The notes: generated from the sequence alone by a model not told the origin. 59,850 bases of DNA from a virus (IMGVR_UViG_3300030098_002885:1-59850); one strand, 5' to 3'; counted from the stretch's first letter, positions 45,703 to 55,281 are shown. Made by a program: numbers and translations.

Positions 45703-46250
45703 TAGCCACTGTCTAGATGAAAATGATCGTGGTGTAGGCGATCACTAATCGGAGATAGAGCTACTCCGAAGTGTAGACACGCCGACCTATGTAACGTAGA
45801 CAGAGGGGTACGGGGGGAGACAGTGTGAACCCTCCCATCATATTGCAATTTATGAATATCAATAGCGTTACCATACGCATGTTCTGATAGCGTGTTATTC
45901 TTCCTGTTCTTACGGCAAGACTTAACACCCATAGTCCATATCTTCTGAAGCTGATTAGCAGAGGACCAGTCTGCCAGATCGTTAGCTAGGTTACAGGTCA
46001 TGGTAAGAGGCTTGTCTATCTTGGTAGCCCCAAGCTGTCGGACTGTGACTGCGTTAGGAGTACGGCACACGCCTCTACCATCTCTAGCTTGAGTGAATTT
46101 AACACCTTTAGCTTTTAAGTCTGAGAGACAGCCTTCAGAGTTTATGGCGTAAAGTTGAGGGCGTAAATGGTCATAGAACTTTGGCCCAAAGGATACGGCC
46201 CCCACTAGGAGGGCCGCACCTACAAAGCATCCAGCTAAGAAGGATTTCAT
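45651..46250 (-). CDS. Extensin-like / peptidase M15-type protein with N-terminal signal anchor
   Basis: SCR...LSEHAYGNAIDI and HHDHFHLD zinc motifs; conserved Cys pattern. Confidence 0.85.
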   Translation of the reverse strand: MKSFLAGCFVGAALLVGAVSFGPKFYDHLRPQLYAINSEGCLSDLKAKGVKFTQARDGRGVCRTPNAVTVRQLGATKIDKPLTMTCNLANDLADWSSANQLQKIWTMGVKSCRKNRKNNTLSEHAYGNAIDIHKLQYDGRVHTVSPRTPLSTLHRSACLHFGVALSPISDRLHHDHFHLDSGYYLGTGKVRCLLSLANR

Positions 46251-46720
46251 TAGGAGCTTTGGATTTCTATTACGCGAGGTTTCTTCTCCTCTGGCGTATG
46301 TCGATACACTCTAATGTTCAACATCCCATTATTAAGATCGCAATCTTCGACATGAACATCATCGGCTAACTGAAAACTCAAAGTGAATTTTCGTTCCGCT
46401 ATACCTCTGTGAAGTTCGGAATAGGTAGTAGGGTCAGCTTCCTCTTCGTTCCTACGGTCATCGTAGTGCTGATTAGTTTTGATCGTGAGGTTGTTGTCGG
46501 TCTCCGTCACATCAATGTCATCAGAGGAAAACCCTGCTAACGCCACCCTGATAATGTACATGTCAGGATGATCTGCACAGGCATCCACGGCTATGATGTT
46601 ATAAGGGGGGTAACTTTCAGCTTTGACCATCCGCATATTACGAGATAGTTCGTCAAAGATGCGGTCAAAACCAATGGAATAAGGGCGAAAAGAAGGCAAC
46701 GTAAGGGAGAGAGTATTCAT
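46250..46720 (-). CDS. Small heat-shock protein Hsp20 (IbpA-like)
   Basis: IGFDRIF, SYPPYNII, ALAGF, LHRGIAERKF, LNNGML and PEEKKPRVIEI. Confidence 0.95.
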   Translation of the reverse strand: MNTLSLTLPSFRPYSIGFDRIFDELSRNMRMVKAESYPPYNIIAVDACADHPDMYIIRVALAGFSSDDIDVTETDNNLTIKTNQHYDDRRNEEEADPTTYSELHRGIAERKFTLSFQLADDVHVEDCDLNNGMLNIRVYRHTPEEKKPRVIEIQSS

Positions 46721-46726
46721 CTAAAG

Positions 46727-46744
46727 ACTCCTTGTTAAGCGAGT
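46727..46744 (-). promoter_or_regulatory. ROSE-like RNA thermometer hairpin sequestering the hsp20 SD
   Basis: ACUC-G-CUU/AAC/AAG-GAGU: UCGCU motif with bulged G paired to AAGGAG. Confidence 0.75.
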
Positions 46745-46782
46745 TGAATGTAAGTGGTCCCGATTGGCAACCACTACTCAGA

Positions 46783-46811
46783 ATATAGTCTTACGACTGG
46801 AACAATTCAAG
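46783..46811 (-). promoter_or_regulatory. Promoter CTTGAA-N17-CTATAT upstream of hsp20
   Basis: CTTGAA is the RpoH-type -35 box; lies just upstream of the structured leader. Confidence 0.6.
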
Positions 46812-47066
46812 TTGTGATGAAGGAGACCCACCCTTACTGTGATCATATTCACACATGAAAGTTTCTATAGATCGCAATGTATTGAAAGTAGGGTTCCACT
46901 CAGGATTGTACATGTGTTGCAACGTGCTTGCAGACAGAGAACATTCCGTAGCCAATTTATAGGGGGACACATTATTCTCTAAAGCCCACCTTCGGATATT
47001 CTTTATGTACACCGAAATATCACAGACTATTGTTTCTTCAGTTCTATCATCTTGTTTAGATACCAT
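46791..47066 (-). CDS. HTH DNA-binding protein
   Basis: VSPYKLATECSLSASTL...WNPTFNTLRSIE; exact start uncertain. Confidence 0.7.
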   Translation of the reverse strand: MVSKQDDRTEETIVCDISVYIKNIRRWALENNVSPYKLATECSLSASTLQHMYNPEWNPTFNTLRSIETFMCEYDHSKGGSPSSQLELFQS

Positions 47067-47344
47067 TGGGCTTTCTCCAAGTCTTGTACACCGTTTTTAT
47101 ACCTGTATCTCCAGAGGTACTTAATAATGTTTCCCTGTAGATAATATTCAAATCCCTCATCAGTCGCCGCTTGGATAGCGTCTATCGTTTCTATCCCTGC
47201 CTTATTATAATGAGGGGGCGAGTTAACCATATCCTCGTTATCAGCTTGCAGATGACCTTTAGCTATGTGTTCTGCTCTAGCTTCTTGGATCATCCGCAAG
47301 TAATAATCGTGGTTACGCTCATTAGGTTTGGGTTCAGACCCCAC
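47027..47344 (-). CDS. DUF3310 (SaV-like) protein
   Basis: DMVNSPPHY, IETIDAI, GNIIKYLWRY..KNGVQDLEKAQWYL; likely GTG start at 47344 after GGAGG. Confidence 0.85.
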   Translation of the reverse strand: MGSEPKPNERNHDYYLRMIQEARAEHIAKGHLQADNEDMVNSPPHYNKAGIETIDAIQAATDEGFEYYLQGNIIKYLWRYRYKNGVQDLEKAQWYLNKMIELKKQ

Positions 47345-49016
47345 ATGTACCTCCCTTACCTGTGATTTCACAAACATCATTAGCTTCCATACCCTCTTCA
47401 AAGTTCTCACCAAGTTTAGCTTTGGCCTCTGCGTAAGGGACTACAGTTAAAGGCTGTCCACCTCTACTGCCATCAGGATAGCAAGTGAACCCACGCAGAC
47501 GATGAGCATACTTAGCTAATGTTTCAGCAAACGGACGGACTTTGTCAGGGTTGTTATGCTCTGTCCCCCATTCTGGGAGATTAATCGTAGAGCTAATAGA
47601 CATGTCTACAAAATCCTGTATGTCTGCTTGGAAAGAAATCCTACGCTCATACTCTTCTGCAAGGTTCAGACTGCTCTCTATCTTGTCAGGGTCTACCCCG
47701 TATCTTTCGATAACATTAACAGCCGAGGCATCCACATTGTATTGATAGTGCCACTTCTTGTTCTTCAAGAACCGCCGCTTGTACGCAACAGCGAACAGAG
47801 GTTCGATGCCAGAAGTGGTGCTTGCTAAAATAGCAATGGACCCTGTGGGAGCTATAGCCCGTCTAGCTACAGGTTGACTGACTGAGAGATCGTCAGCACC
47901 CCGTTGTGCTGTATGGTCAGACACTTTCTTGTAGACATGTAACCATCTACGGAGTTCTGGGGTAACGCCATAAGGCATCTTCCGTTGCATTAACCATTCA
48001 TGGATACCCATGAGGCCTAGGCCCAACCGCCTGTTCTTGTCCCTAACCTTATAAATCTGATCATAAGGGAGTTCGCTCTTAATGGTTCCGCATAAGAGAA
48101 ACTTTGTTGCAAGTTCTGTGCATAGGCTAAACTCTTTCAAGTTCTCTATACGAGACATATTAAGGGAGCCTAAGTTACATACGTCCCCGTCATCAGAGGA
48201 TGTTACCTCAGTGCAAGCATTGCGAAGAGTTTCTGTCTCCTGATCGAAGAAGTTAAAACTGAATCCGGGTTCTCCAGTACGCATTGCTTGTTCAACATTA
48301 GACATCCAGACACTAGACAGTTCTCCTGTTTCCCAGTAATCCGTTAACCATCTGGTGTTCCAGTTGATGCTGATGTTTGTCATATCCAGATCAGCTTCAT
48401 AATTAAAGTCAGCTTCCTTTGCTTGGGCCACCGTGATATCTGTCCCTTGTATAGGCTGGCTATGCCAATCTTTAACTTTAAGGAACTTTTCTACATCCGC
48501 ATGGTCACAAGAAAGTGAAGCATAAATAGCAGAACGGCGACTACCCCCTTGCATTACGGTTCTACCAATGTTGTTGACAGCCTTCATCAAATCTATAGGG
48601 CCACTAGCTATACCGCCCGTACCCCCTAACTCAGAGCCAGCCCCTCGTAGAACAGAGTAGTCAATCCCAATTCCCCCACCTGTCATTAGACACATGGTTG
48701 CATCGTGAACCGACTTAGCCCATTGCTCACGGGTATCATCAGTGCATCCCAACAGGAAACAGTTATTGAAAAACTTCCGTTTACGTCCTGCGTAATACAG
48801 ATATCTCCCACCGGGGATGAATCTCATCGTCCCGATCATCCATTTCAGTGTGTCTAGATCAGTCTTGTCTAGCAAACCAGTACACACATCATCCACTAAA
48901 GTGTTGGCTAGATCAGGCCAAGTCTCACACCCTTCATGGGCGTACTTATGGTTGAAAATTTCCTCTGAAAGATGGTCACGGAATACCGTAGTATCCGCTT
49001 TATAAGCGTTACTCAT
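47334..49016 (-). CDS. nrdJ: Ribonucleotide reductase, probably class II (B12-dependent)
   Basis: PGGR, NNCF, NACTE thiyl-radical motif, CNLGS, APTGS, C-terminal Cys pair; no NrdB beta subunit in the genome. Confidence 0.85.
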   Translation of the reverse strand: MSNAYKADTTVFRDHLSEEIFNHKYAHEGCETWPDLANTLVDDVCTGLLDKTDLDTLKWMIGTMRFIPGGRYLYYAGRKRKFFNNCFLLGCTDDTREQWAKSVHDATMCLMTGGGIGIDYSVLRGAGSELGGTGGIASGPIDLMKAVNNIGRTVMQGGSRRSAIYASLSCDHADVEKFLKVKDWHSQPIQGTDITVAQAKEADFNYEADLDMTNISINWNTRWLTDYWETGELSSVWMSNVEQAMRTGEPGFSFNFFDQETETLRNACTEVTSSDDGDVCNLGSLNMSRIENLKEFSLCTELATKFLLCGTIKSELPYDQIYKVRDKNRRLGLGLMGIHEWLMQRKMPYGVTPELRRWLHVYKKVSDHTAQRGADDLSVSQPVARRAIAPTGSIAILASTTSGIEPLFAVAYKRRFLKNKKWHYQYNVDASAVNVIERYGVDPDKIESSLNLAEEYERRISFQADIQDFVDMSISSTINLPEWGTEHNNPDKVRPFAETLAKYAHRLRGFTCYPDGSRGGQPLTVVPYAEAKAKLGENFEEGMEANDVCEITGKGGTCGV

Positions 49017-49027
49017 AGTTAGTTTCC

Positions 49028-51175
49028 CTACTTAGCTGAACCCCAAGTTTTCCCTACGCCGCCTTCGACTAGTTTGAATTGGGGGATGTTTGGATAAAAT
49101 TCTGTTGCGGCCCATTGCATTGTTGAAGCCATGATGGTCTTGGCATCTTCAACTTCTATGTCTGGAACTTCTGCAATGAGTTCATCGTGAACCACATGAA
49201 CGAGTTTAGCTTTTAAGTTGCCCCACGCTTTCGGAAATCTAGACAAACATAAAAGCATAATCTCAGCGGCCCCACCCTGACACGGGGTGTTAACAGATTT
49301 GGTGTAAAGCTGAGAGGAAGAGTACGGTGCATAGACACGCCCTTGGCTAGTCCATAGAAACCCACTATCGTCAGCTTGTTTTCTTGTCTGATTGATCCAC
49401 CGCTTGAGACCCGTGTATAGGTCCAACACATCGTGTTGAATTCTACCAGCCTCATTTGGGGTGGTCTGGTGTCCACTACTGGTAAGGCGTTGCGCCAAAC
49501 CTCGCGGTCCTTGACCATAGATCAATCCGAATATACACGCTTTGGCGGCAGATCGAAAGACTTTCCCTTTTCCTTCATCGCCAAAATACTCGTCCCCTAC
49601 ATCCTCAGGGAACTCACCGCGAAAACAATGTCTAGCTGTCATGGTATGCACATCTAAACCTTGTTCAATCGCATCCAGCAACACCTTGTCGTTAGCCATC
49701 GCCGCGGCAACTCGGACTTCGATCTGTCCGTAGTCGTAGACAACTAGACTGTGATTAGGTTTAGACACAAACAAATGTCTAAATTCTTTTGTGGCGTTAA
49801 TGGTCTGGAGTGCTGGCTCGGTAACAGAAAATCTACCTGTCTCTGTACCCCCGATCCTAAAGTTAGCATGGATGCGGTTGCTTATAGGATTGATGAACCG
49901 TTTGAAATCTGTCCCAAGGGTGGAACTATTCTTCTTAGCATCAGCCCAGTTCGCTAGAGCCAGCATAGGCTTACGGTTAGCAGGGGGAAGCATCTTGATA
50001 TGTTCTAGTATCTGCTCCTTCCCTACCCTTAATTGCCCAGTGTCTGTCTTGGGCCATCCATCTGTGTTGTATGGAGGGAAAGTTTCAAGATGCCATCTTA
50101 ACCATTTAGCAACTTGTAAGACAGAAGCAGGGTTCTCTATGGTAGGTGCGCCGTCTGCACTATGTTCGCTGAACGCTTGTAAGGTATCGACACGCCCCTG
50201 CTCATACTTAGCTTCTAGTAAGCTAGCCAAGTCTTTATGGGACTCCGCATCAAAACTTAACCCCGTTACCATAACTTCGTTAACGGCTCTAATACCAGAG
50301 CGCATAAGATCATAAACCCACTTACAATCTTCTTGAGGGGTACGCTTTATGGAGCAAACTTTACCATATTGAACGTGGTGAAGTTCCCATGTAGCAACCA
50401 CATCACCAGCCGCATAGTACAACTGACTTTGATCTAGAGGATCACGCCCCCAATCACTGGCTTGTTGAGCTTTGTTTGGTTCCTTATTAAGGATGAGGAG
50501 ACAGCGTGAAGCTAAATCCTTACGGATTTGAGTTATACTCTCCAGTGCCTGTGCCTGTAATAAGGTACAATGAGGATGTCTAGCAGGGGTGATGCCCATC
50601 TGGGTTAACATCTTCACATCGAACTGTGCGTTGTGAGCTAGCCAGACTACATTGTCTTTGTTAAGGATATCAGAGCCAAGCGTGTCTAGTAATTTAGGAG
50701 ACACCTTCCACCGATCTATAACAATTACATCGTTGTTGCCCCAGTATAACTGTAGAAGTCTAACCTGACCGACATACACATTAAGGCCCGACTTCTTAAC
50801 CTGTTTGGCAACAGCATTTAACTCCACCCTCAACCCATCAAGAGTGCGTTTAGATTTCTCACGGTCTATCCGCTCTTCGGGGGTACACTTAGCTGGGGTA
50901 GGAAATGCCGTAAAAGCTACTCTGGCGGCTTCGTGTTCCTTAAACTTTTCCTCATAACTAGTCAGCAGACTTTGAACAGCGGTGGTCTCAACATCGACAC
51001 TTATAAGTTGAGGTTCAGCCTTGGTGCTTGAACTAGTAAGGGTCCTAAGAGTTTCGATGATATTTTCTAATTCGCCATCATCGGTTATATAGCGAAGGTT
51101 CTTGCCTTCCATAAAATCGTGGAAGGTGGGGGTGGCTTGTGGGCCACTCCCCAGAACCTCTTCCAAAGAAGGCAC
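49028..51175 (-). CDS. polA: Family A DNA polymerase with 3'-5' exonuclease
   Basis: ExoI DVETT, ExoII HNAQFD, ExoIII YAAGD; TGRFS; motif A DYGQIEVR, motif B RSAAKACIFGLIYG, motif C VHDE. Confidence 0.95.
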   Translation of the reverse strand: MPSLEEVLGSGPQATPTFHDFMEGKNLRYITDDGELENIIETLRTLTSSSTKAEPQLISVDVETTAVQSLLTSYEEKFKEHEAARVAFTAFPTPAKCTPEERIDREKSKRTLDGLRVELNAVAKQVKKSGLNVYVGQVRLLQLYWGNNDVIVIDRWKVSPKLLDTLGSDILNKDNVVWLAHNAQFDVKMLTQMGITPARHPHCTLLQAQALESITQIRKDLASRCLLILNKEPNKAQQASDWGRDPLDQSQLYYAAGDVVATWELHHVQYGKVCSIKRTPQEDCKWVYDLMRSGIRAVNEVMVTGLSFDAESHKDLASLLEAKYEQGRVDTLQAFSEHSADGAPTIENPASVLQVAKWLRWHLETFPPYNTDGWPKTDTGQLRVGKEQILEHIKMLPPANRKPMLALANWADAKKNSSTLGTDFKRFINPISNRIHANFRIGGTETGRFSVTEPALQTINATKEFRHLFVSKPNHSLVVYDYGQIEVRVAAAMANDKVLLDAIEQGLDVHTMTARHCFRGEFPEDVGDEYFGDEGKGKVFRSAAKACIFGLIYGQGPRGLAQRLTSSGHQTTPNEAGRIQHDVLDLYTGLKRWINQTRKQADDSGFLWTSQGRVYAPYSSSQLYTKSVNTPCQGGAAEIMLLCLSRFPKAWGNLKAKLVHVVHDELIAEVPDIEVEDAKTIMASTMQWAATEFYPNIPQFKLVEGGVGKTWGSAK

Positions 51176-51870
51176 TACTCTAAATCTGGCTTACCAGTTT
51201 GAGCAGTAGCGTCTGCATTGAAAAACTCATCCTCTGTCTGCGAGGCAGGGGAAGAGGACACACTTTCAATCGGAACATACCGACTGATAGTCATAGTGGG
51301 GATCATCGTTTTACCCCCGTACTTCTTGTTCTGATATGAATCCACATCGAACAAGACCACAGGAACACCGCCTGAGGCTGTACCGTTTTTACAATCAAGC
51401 ACCCACTGCTTCATCATACGACCAATAGCGGATTGCCCACCTTTGGAAGATGTAGTGAATTGAGCGTTGATCTCCTCTGGCACACCATGAGCCGCCAGAA
51501 TTTTAATATCGAAACGGAAGTTCTCTGACCATCCGTCATTGTCCTGAGAATAAGGACCGTGATCAGGAAGAGTATCCTTACTAGGCAACTCAGTACCGAT
51601 CTTCACCCAATGCTCGTCAACGGGAACCCCGTCTTTCCAGCACATCCAACCGTGAGCCAACTCAGGCAAGTTCGGGACACCCTCAAACTTGTTCTCAGGG
51701 AAAGTATCTTGGTTCTTACCAATCAACCATTCACCCTGCTTGAACTTCACGAACTGAACTCCCTGCACGGACATACGATCAGCGAGAGAATCAATAGCGT
51801 TGACCAAGCTGTCTGCGAGGGCAACGTCAAAGGTGGCCTGACCACCTACTGCTACGTCTGTATTACTCAT
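51175..51870 (-). CDS. Probable single-stranded DNA-binding protein
   Basis: Directly upstream of polA; OB-like FVKFKQGEW, TSSKGG, YQNKKYG; acidic tail. Confidence 0.65.
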   Translation of the reverse strand: MSNTDVAVGGQATFDVALADSLVNAIDSLADRMSVQGVQFVKFKQGEWLIGKNQDTFPENKFEGVPNLPELAHGWMCWKDGVPVDEHWVKIGTELPSKDTLPDHGPYSQDNDGWSENFRFDIKILAAHGVPEEINAQFTTSSKGGQSAIGRMMKQWVLDCKNGTASGGVPVVLFDVDSYQNKKYGGKTMIPTMTISRYVPIESVSSSPASQTEDEFFNADATAQTGKPDLE

Positions 51871-51907
51871 TATGTCTAATACTCCATTTAGACTGGTTTA
51901 CACAAAG

Positions 51908-52987
51908 TCACTTGATAGTAATGTTAAGCCTTGGCGAATAGTCTCCCTCTGTCTGAAAGTCTTTAGGGTTAAGACCCTTCTCCTCAAACAGACTAGGACT
52001 ATATCGCGGTGGGCTTTTAGCACTGAAGGCTGTGACGGACCCCCAGTCCCCAGACACCTTGCGAGTGTCTGCTTCGCGCAGTACTTCCATAATTTCCTGA
52101 TCCAGTTCTTTTAATCGAACACTATCAGACTTGGTTACTGCATGAAGTTTCTTTCGTTGCACAGCTAAATCCCGAACACGGTGTTCAACTGCTTCAACGT
52201 AATTAGAGTTAGCGTGAGAAGGGATACTGTCAACCTCAATGCCTTGACATTGTTTACGCCAAGCACAGTACTGACACTCTTTACCACCCTCTATCTTCCC
52301 CTCAGGTAAAGGTAGATTGTCTAGAGAGTACTCATCCCATACAGATTTGGCACGTTGCTCTAGGTGTAGGGCAATGTTGGTATCCCTCTCCACTTTAAAT
52401 ATCTTTACCTGATTAAGGAAACTAGCATTGATATAAATAAGCATTGCGTAAGTAGGGGTATACTTACCGCCACTCTTTATGTAAGTAAGTTGCATCCCCT
52501 GTCTACACTGTAAAACATGGTTAGGTTTTGGCTGGTTCAAACTATCGAAAGGCCTAGGGTCAATACTCTTTATCTCCACATAAAGACAGGAAACTTTTAC
52601 GACCTCATCTTGAATAAAAATCTCAAAAGGTAACCCCTTCTTATGGACTATTAATCCATCAGGGGTGGCAGATTGTTTACCATGCACCAGTGTCTGTTGG
52701 TTATCACCAGACCATATAAGTTCTAAGCCTGAGGAACCTGTAAAGGGCAGACTGTCTTTTATGGTTTGCTCTAACCAATCTTCAATAATGTTCCCTCGTT
52801 CTGCCGCCCCTAAGTCTTGTATAAAATCAGGGTCTGGCTCTGCATTATGTTTAGAGAATACTAATCTACGGAGACATGTTCCTATCTCTGATGCACCGAC
52901 TGTCTGGTTACGGTCATGCCCACCCCATGTCTTACTCTGAGAGGACTTATTAATACCGTCATTAATAATGCTCTCAATATTAATCAC
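51908..52987 (-). CDS. Cas4-like PD-(D/E)XK exonuclease
   Basis: GASEIGTC, TPDG, VEIKS, Q-x(3)-GM and ECQYCAWRKQC (1+3 Cys); likely GTG start at 52987 after AGGAG. Confidence 0.85.
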   Translation of the reverse strand: MINIESIINDGINKSSQSKTWGGHDRNQTVGASEIGTCLRRLVFSKHNAEPDPDFIQDLGAAERGNIIEDWLEQTIKDSLPFTGSSGLELIWSGDNQQTLVHGKQSATPDGLIVHKKGLPFEIFIQDEVVKVSCLYVEIKSIDPRPFDSLNQPKPNHVLQCRQGMQLTYIKSGGKYTPTYAMLIYINASFLNQVKIFKVERDTNIALHLEQRAKSVWDEYSLDNLPLPEGKIEGGKECQYCAWRKQCQGIEVDSIPSHANSNYVEAVEHRVRDLAVQRKKLHAVTKSDSVRLKELDQEIMEVLREADTRKVSGDWGSVTAFSAKSPPRYSPSLFEEKGLNPKDFQTEGDYSPRLNITIK

Positions 52988-53120
52988 TAGGCTTCTCCTT
53001 TTTATCTTTGATTGCGTGGGTAGCAATAATACAAGGAGCGCAATAGGCCTTACCGCTAATCTTAACCGTTGCGTTAAGTACGCCACACTTACTACAGGGA
53101 ACGCCTGTTAACGTAAGCAT
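52980..53120 (-). CDS. Small zinc-finger protein
   Basis: CSKC...YCAPC; ATG 53120 with AAAGGAA RBS. Confidence 0.6.
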   Translation of the reverse strand: MLTLTGVPCSKCGVLNATVKISGKAYCAPCIIATHAIKDKKEKPSD

Positions 53121-53150
53121 TGAACAGTTCCTTTCCTTACAAGAAAGAAG

Positions 53151-53355
53151 AGGAGAGAGGTCCAAGAGTGAACAGCTATGCCACTAACAAGAACCCCTCT
53201 CCTAAGTTCGCCATACCATCCTTGTAGGAGCATTGAACGTACCACCAAGACGTTCTGTGCTTCGACTACCTTGTGGTGCAGGGAGGCAATACCACACAGG
53301 ATGATTAACGCTAGTGGCCCTAGCGATCTTACACGGCGAAAGGAATAAAACCGTG
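53151..53355 (-). ncRNA. Candidate structured RNA (five consecutive hairpins)
   Basis: Stems at 53151-53203, 53227-53263, 53272-53296, 53309-53325 and 53332-53355; G-U pairs favour the minus strand. Confidence 0.45.
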
Positions 53356-53373
53356 CTAGATTTAGTAAACTAT

Positions 53374-53775
53374 TCAAGCCGCGATCCTTTCGTCTTCACA
53401 CTCTTCCTCTTCTCTAAGTTTCTTGAGCCGTTGCTTCTTACGTCTAGCCAGAGATAGGTTTTCCTCAAGGGTTAATGCAACTTCCTCAGGCCACCACTCC
53501 AGCAAAACAGTTAGGTTACTAGCCGCCAAAGAGTTTTCTAGTAGTTCGTGATTATTCGTAGAGGGCCGTGAAAGACTAGCCTCTATACGAAGGGCTGTGT
53601 CTAAATATACTTTAGCCGCATTGGTATACCCTTTGGCCTCTGACTGAGCGGCATACATAAGAGCCTTCTCTACGGTAAGAGAGTTGCTGTGCTTGTCTCG
53701 CACAGGTGGTTTCCTACTGTAGTACTTATTATTTGTGGTATACCCTGAGGCATAGAAGGTGGTTGTGTCTGTCAT
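53374..53775 (-). CDS. Hypothetical protein
   Basis: 133 aa; ATGA overlap with the helicase stop. Confidence 0.65.
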   Translation of the reverse strand: MTDTTTFYASGYTTNNKYYSRKPPVRDKHSNSLTVEKALMYAAQSEAKGYTNAAKVYLDTALRIEASLSRPSTNNHELLENSLAASNLTVLLEWWPEEVALTLEENLSLARRKKQRLKKLREEEECEDERIAA

Positions 53776-55166
53776 AACGCTTTCCCTTTATACGACTGGC
53801 TCATTATCTCTGCAAATATGTTTTCGTCTGGGTCTGTGATGCCGTCCACTACTTGGTTTGCCATGGCGTACTTACGGGTAAGACCACGGAATAAATTCTC
53901 ATCATAGGTATAGCGAGATATCATGTAATAATAGTTAGCTCCACCTCGCATCCCTGCCCTATGGATACGATCTTCTGCTTGTAACATTTCCATAGGGGAG
54001 AAAGACATCTCCACAAACAACATATTACTAGCGAACTGTAGGTTAAGCCCTAGGCCCCCTGCCCCTATAGTCATAAAGAGGATACGGTTGCCTTGCCTAA
54101 ACCTTTCAATCTCATGCTCCCGTTGAGTAGTGTCACCAGTGATTAAACTGGTACTGGTATTCTTGTACTCTCTAGCATGGAGAGACTTCACTACCTCAAC
54201 ATGCCTACCAAACACTACAATCTTTTCATCAGGGGCAGAGTACTCCAGCCAATTCGTTAACCATTCGTAGGCTTTCTCCGCTTTCTGTAACCCTAAGTCC
54301 TGTACCTCTTCTTGCCAGTCGATATATTGTTTTGGCTTAATTTGTACAGGTACTTGGGTGCGGATTTTCTCAGGCAAATCTAAACAATCTTGCTTGCGTA
54401 CCCGATGCATTAAAGGTTTAACAAGACTGCTTAGTTCCCCTGCGTTAGTAAGTCCATCCGATAGGTAACCAAAAGGCCCTTGTCTACCGTTACAGTAGCG
54501 TCTGGTAAACTTCCACCAGTCTTTGAAGGTGTGAGGGGCCGCAATTCTGAATTGAGTAAAGAGATCGACAGGGCGATTAATGATAGGAGTCCCAGTAAGC
54601 ATAAGAACCATAGGGATAGTTTCAAGCATCGCCTCAATATCTTTCGTCCTCTTGGCTTTGTGGTTTTTGATGTAAGTGCTTTCGTCAAGAACAGCAAATT
54701 CAAATCTAAACGACAAGGTTTTGATATATTCCTTAAACCTTTTTGTTCTGTGGTAGGAAACGAGAACAATCGAGTGATGGGGGTATTCGACATCAATACT
54801 ATCCTTAAAAATAACTATCTCTTTATCCCCACCAAAGATGCGATGCAACTCGCTCTTATGTTGGAGCATGAGACTAGCAGGGGAAAAGATTACAGTAGGT
54901 CCAGCATTAACCGCCTTCATTATAAGGGCGGCTCCAGCAGTCTTACCACTGCCCATCTCCCACGCTAACATCATGCGTCCATCAGACTTTAAGAAATGAT
55001 TAACGCCATCTATCTGATGTTGGAAAGGAGACAGCCAGAAGGTCTCGTCAACATTCATCAACCAGTCCAACCACCGTGGCGCAGAGCCATCGTTAATAGG
55101 ACGGGTGTCAACTTCAGCCAACCGCGCACGGTTATAATTCTTAATGAGGGTGGTACTGTCTGTCAT
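53772..55166 (-). CDS. SNF2-family (HARP-like) helicase
   Basis: PFQHQ, EMGSGKT, LDESTYIKN, LTGTPIINR, GLGLNLQ and QAEDRIHRAG. Confidence 0.92.
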   Translation of the reverse strand: MTDSTTLIKNYNRARLAEVDTRPINDGSAPRWLDWLMNVDETFWLSPFQHQIDGVNHFLKSDGRMMLAWEMGSGKTAGAALIMKAVNAGPTVIFSPASLMLQHKSELHRIFGGDKEIVIFKDSIDVEYPHHSIVLVSYHRTKRFKEYIKTLSFRFEFAVLDESTYIKNHKAKRTKDIEAMLETIPMVLMLTGTPIINRPVDLFTQFRIAAPHTFKDWWKFTRRYCNGRQGPFGYLSDGLTNAGELSSLVKPLMHRVRKQDCLDLPEKIRTQVPVQIKPKQYIDWQEEVQDLGLQKAEKAYEWLTNWLEYSAPDEKIVVFGRHVEVVKSLHAREYKNTSTSLITGDTTQREHEIERFRQGNRILFMTIGAGGLGLNLQFASNMLFVEMSFSPMEMLQAEDRIHRAGMRGGANYYYMISRYTYDENLFRGLTRKYAMANQVVDGITDPDENIFAEIMSQSYKGKAL

Positions 55167-55202
55167 CTACTTGCCTGTTTGTCTGGTCTAAAATCTAATA
55201 TG

Positions 55203-55231
55203 AATATAGGAAGCCTTCCCGGAAAGTGCAA
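55203..55231 (-). promoter_or_regulatory. Sigma70-like promoter TTGCAC-N17-TATATT for the leftward replication operon
   Basis: Exact 17-bp spacing about 35 bp upstream of the helicase ATG. Confidence 0.65.
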
Positions 55232-55242
55232 CATTAAAACAT

Positions 55243-55281
55243 AAAAAAAGTGAGGCCCCTTAAATTAATAAGAGGCCCCAC
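55243..55281 (-). terminator. Intrinsic terminator (minus strand)
   Basis: GUGGGGCCUCUUA-UUAAUU-UAAGGGGCCUCAC followed by U7. Confidence 0.8.

Noticed and set aside
51908-52987. Cas4-like nuclease as a CRISPR-Cas component
   Set aside because: No cas1/cas2 or array; stand-alone Cas4-like exonucleases are routine in phage replication modules.
53108-53377. 89-aa TTG-start ORF
   Set aside because: Atypical composition and coincidence with a run of hairpins; treated as probably non-coding, though not excluded.
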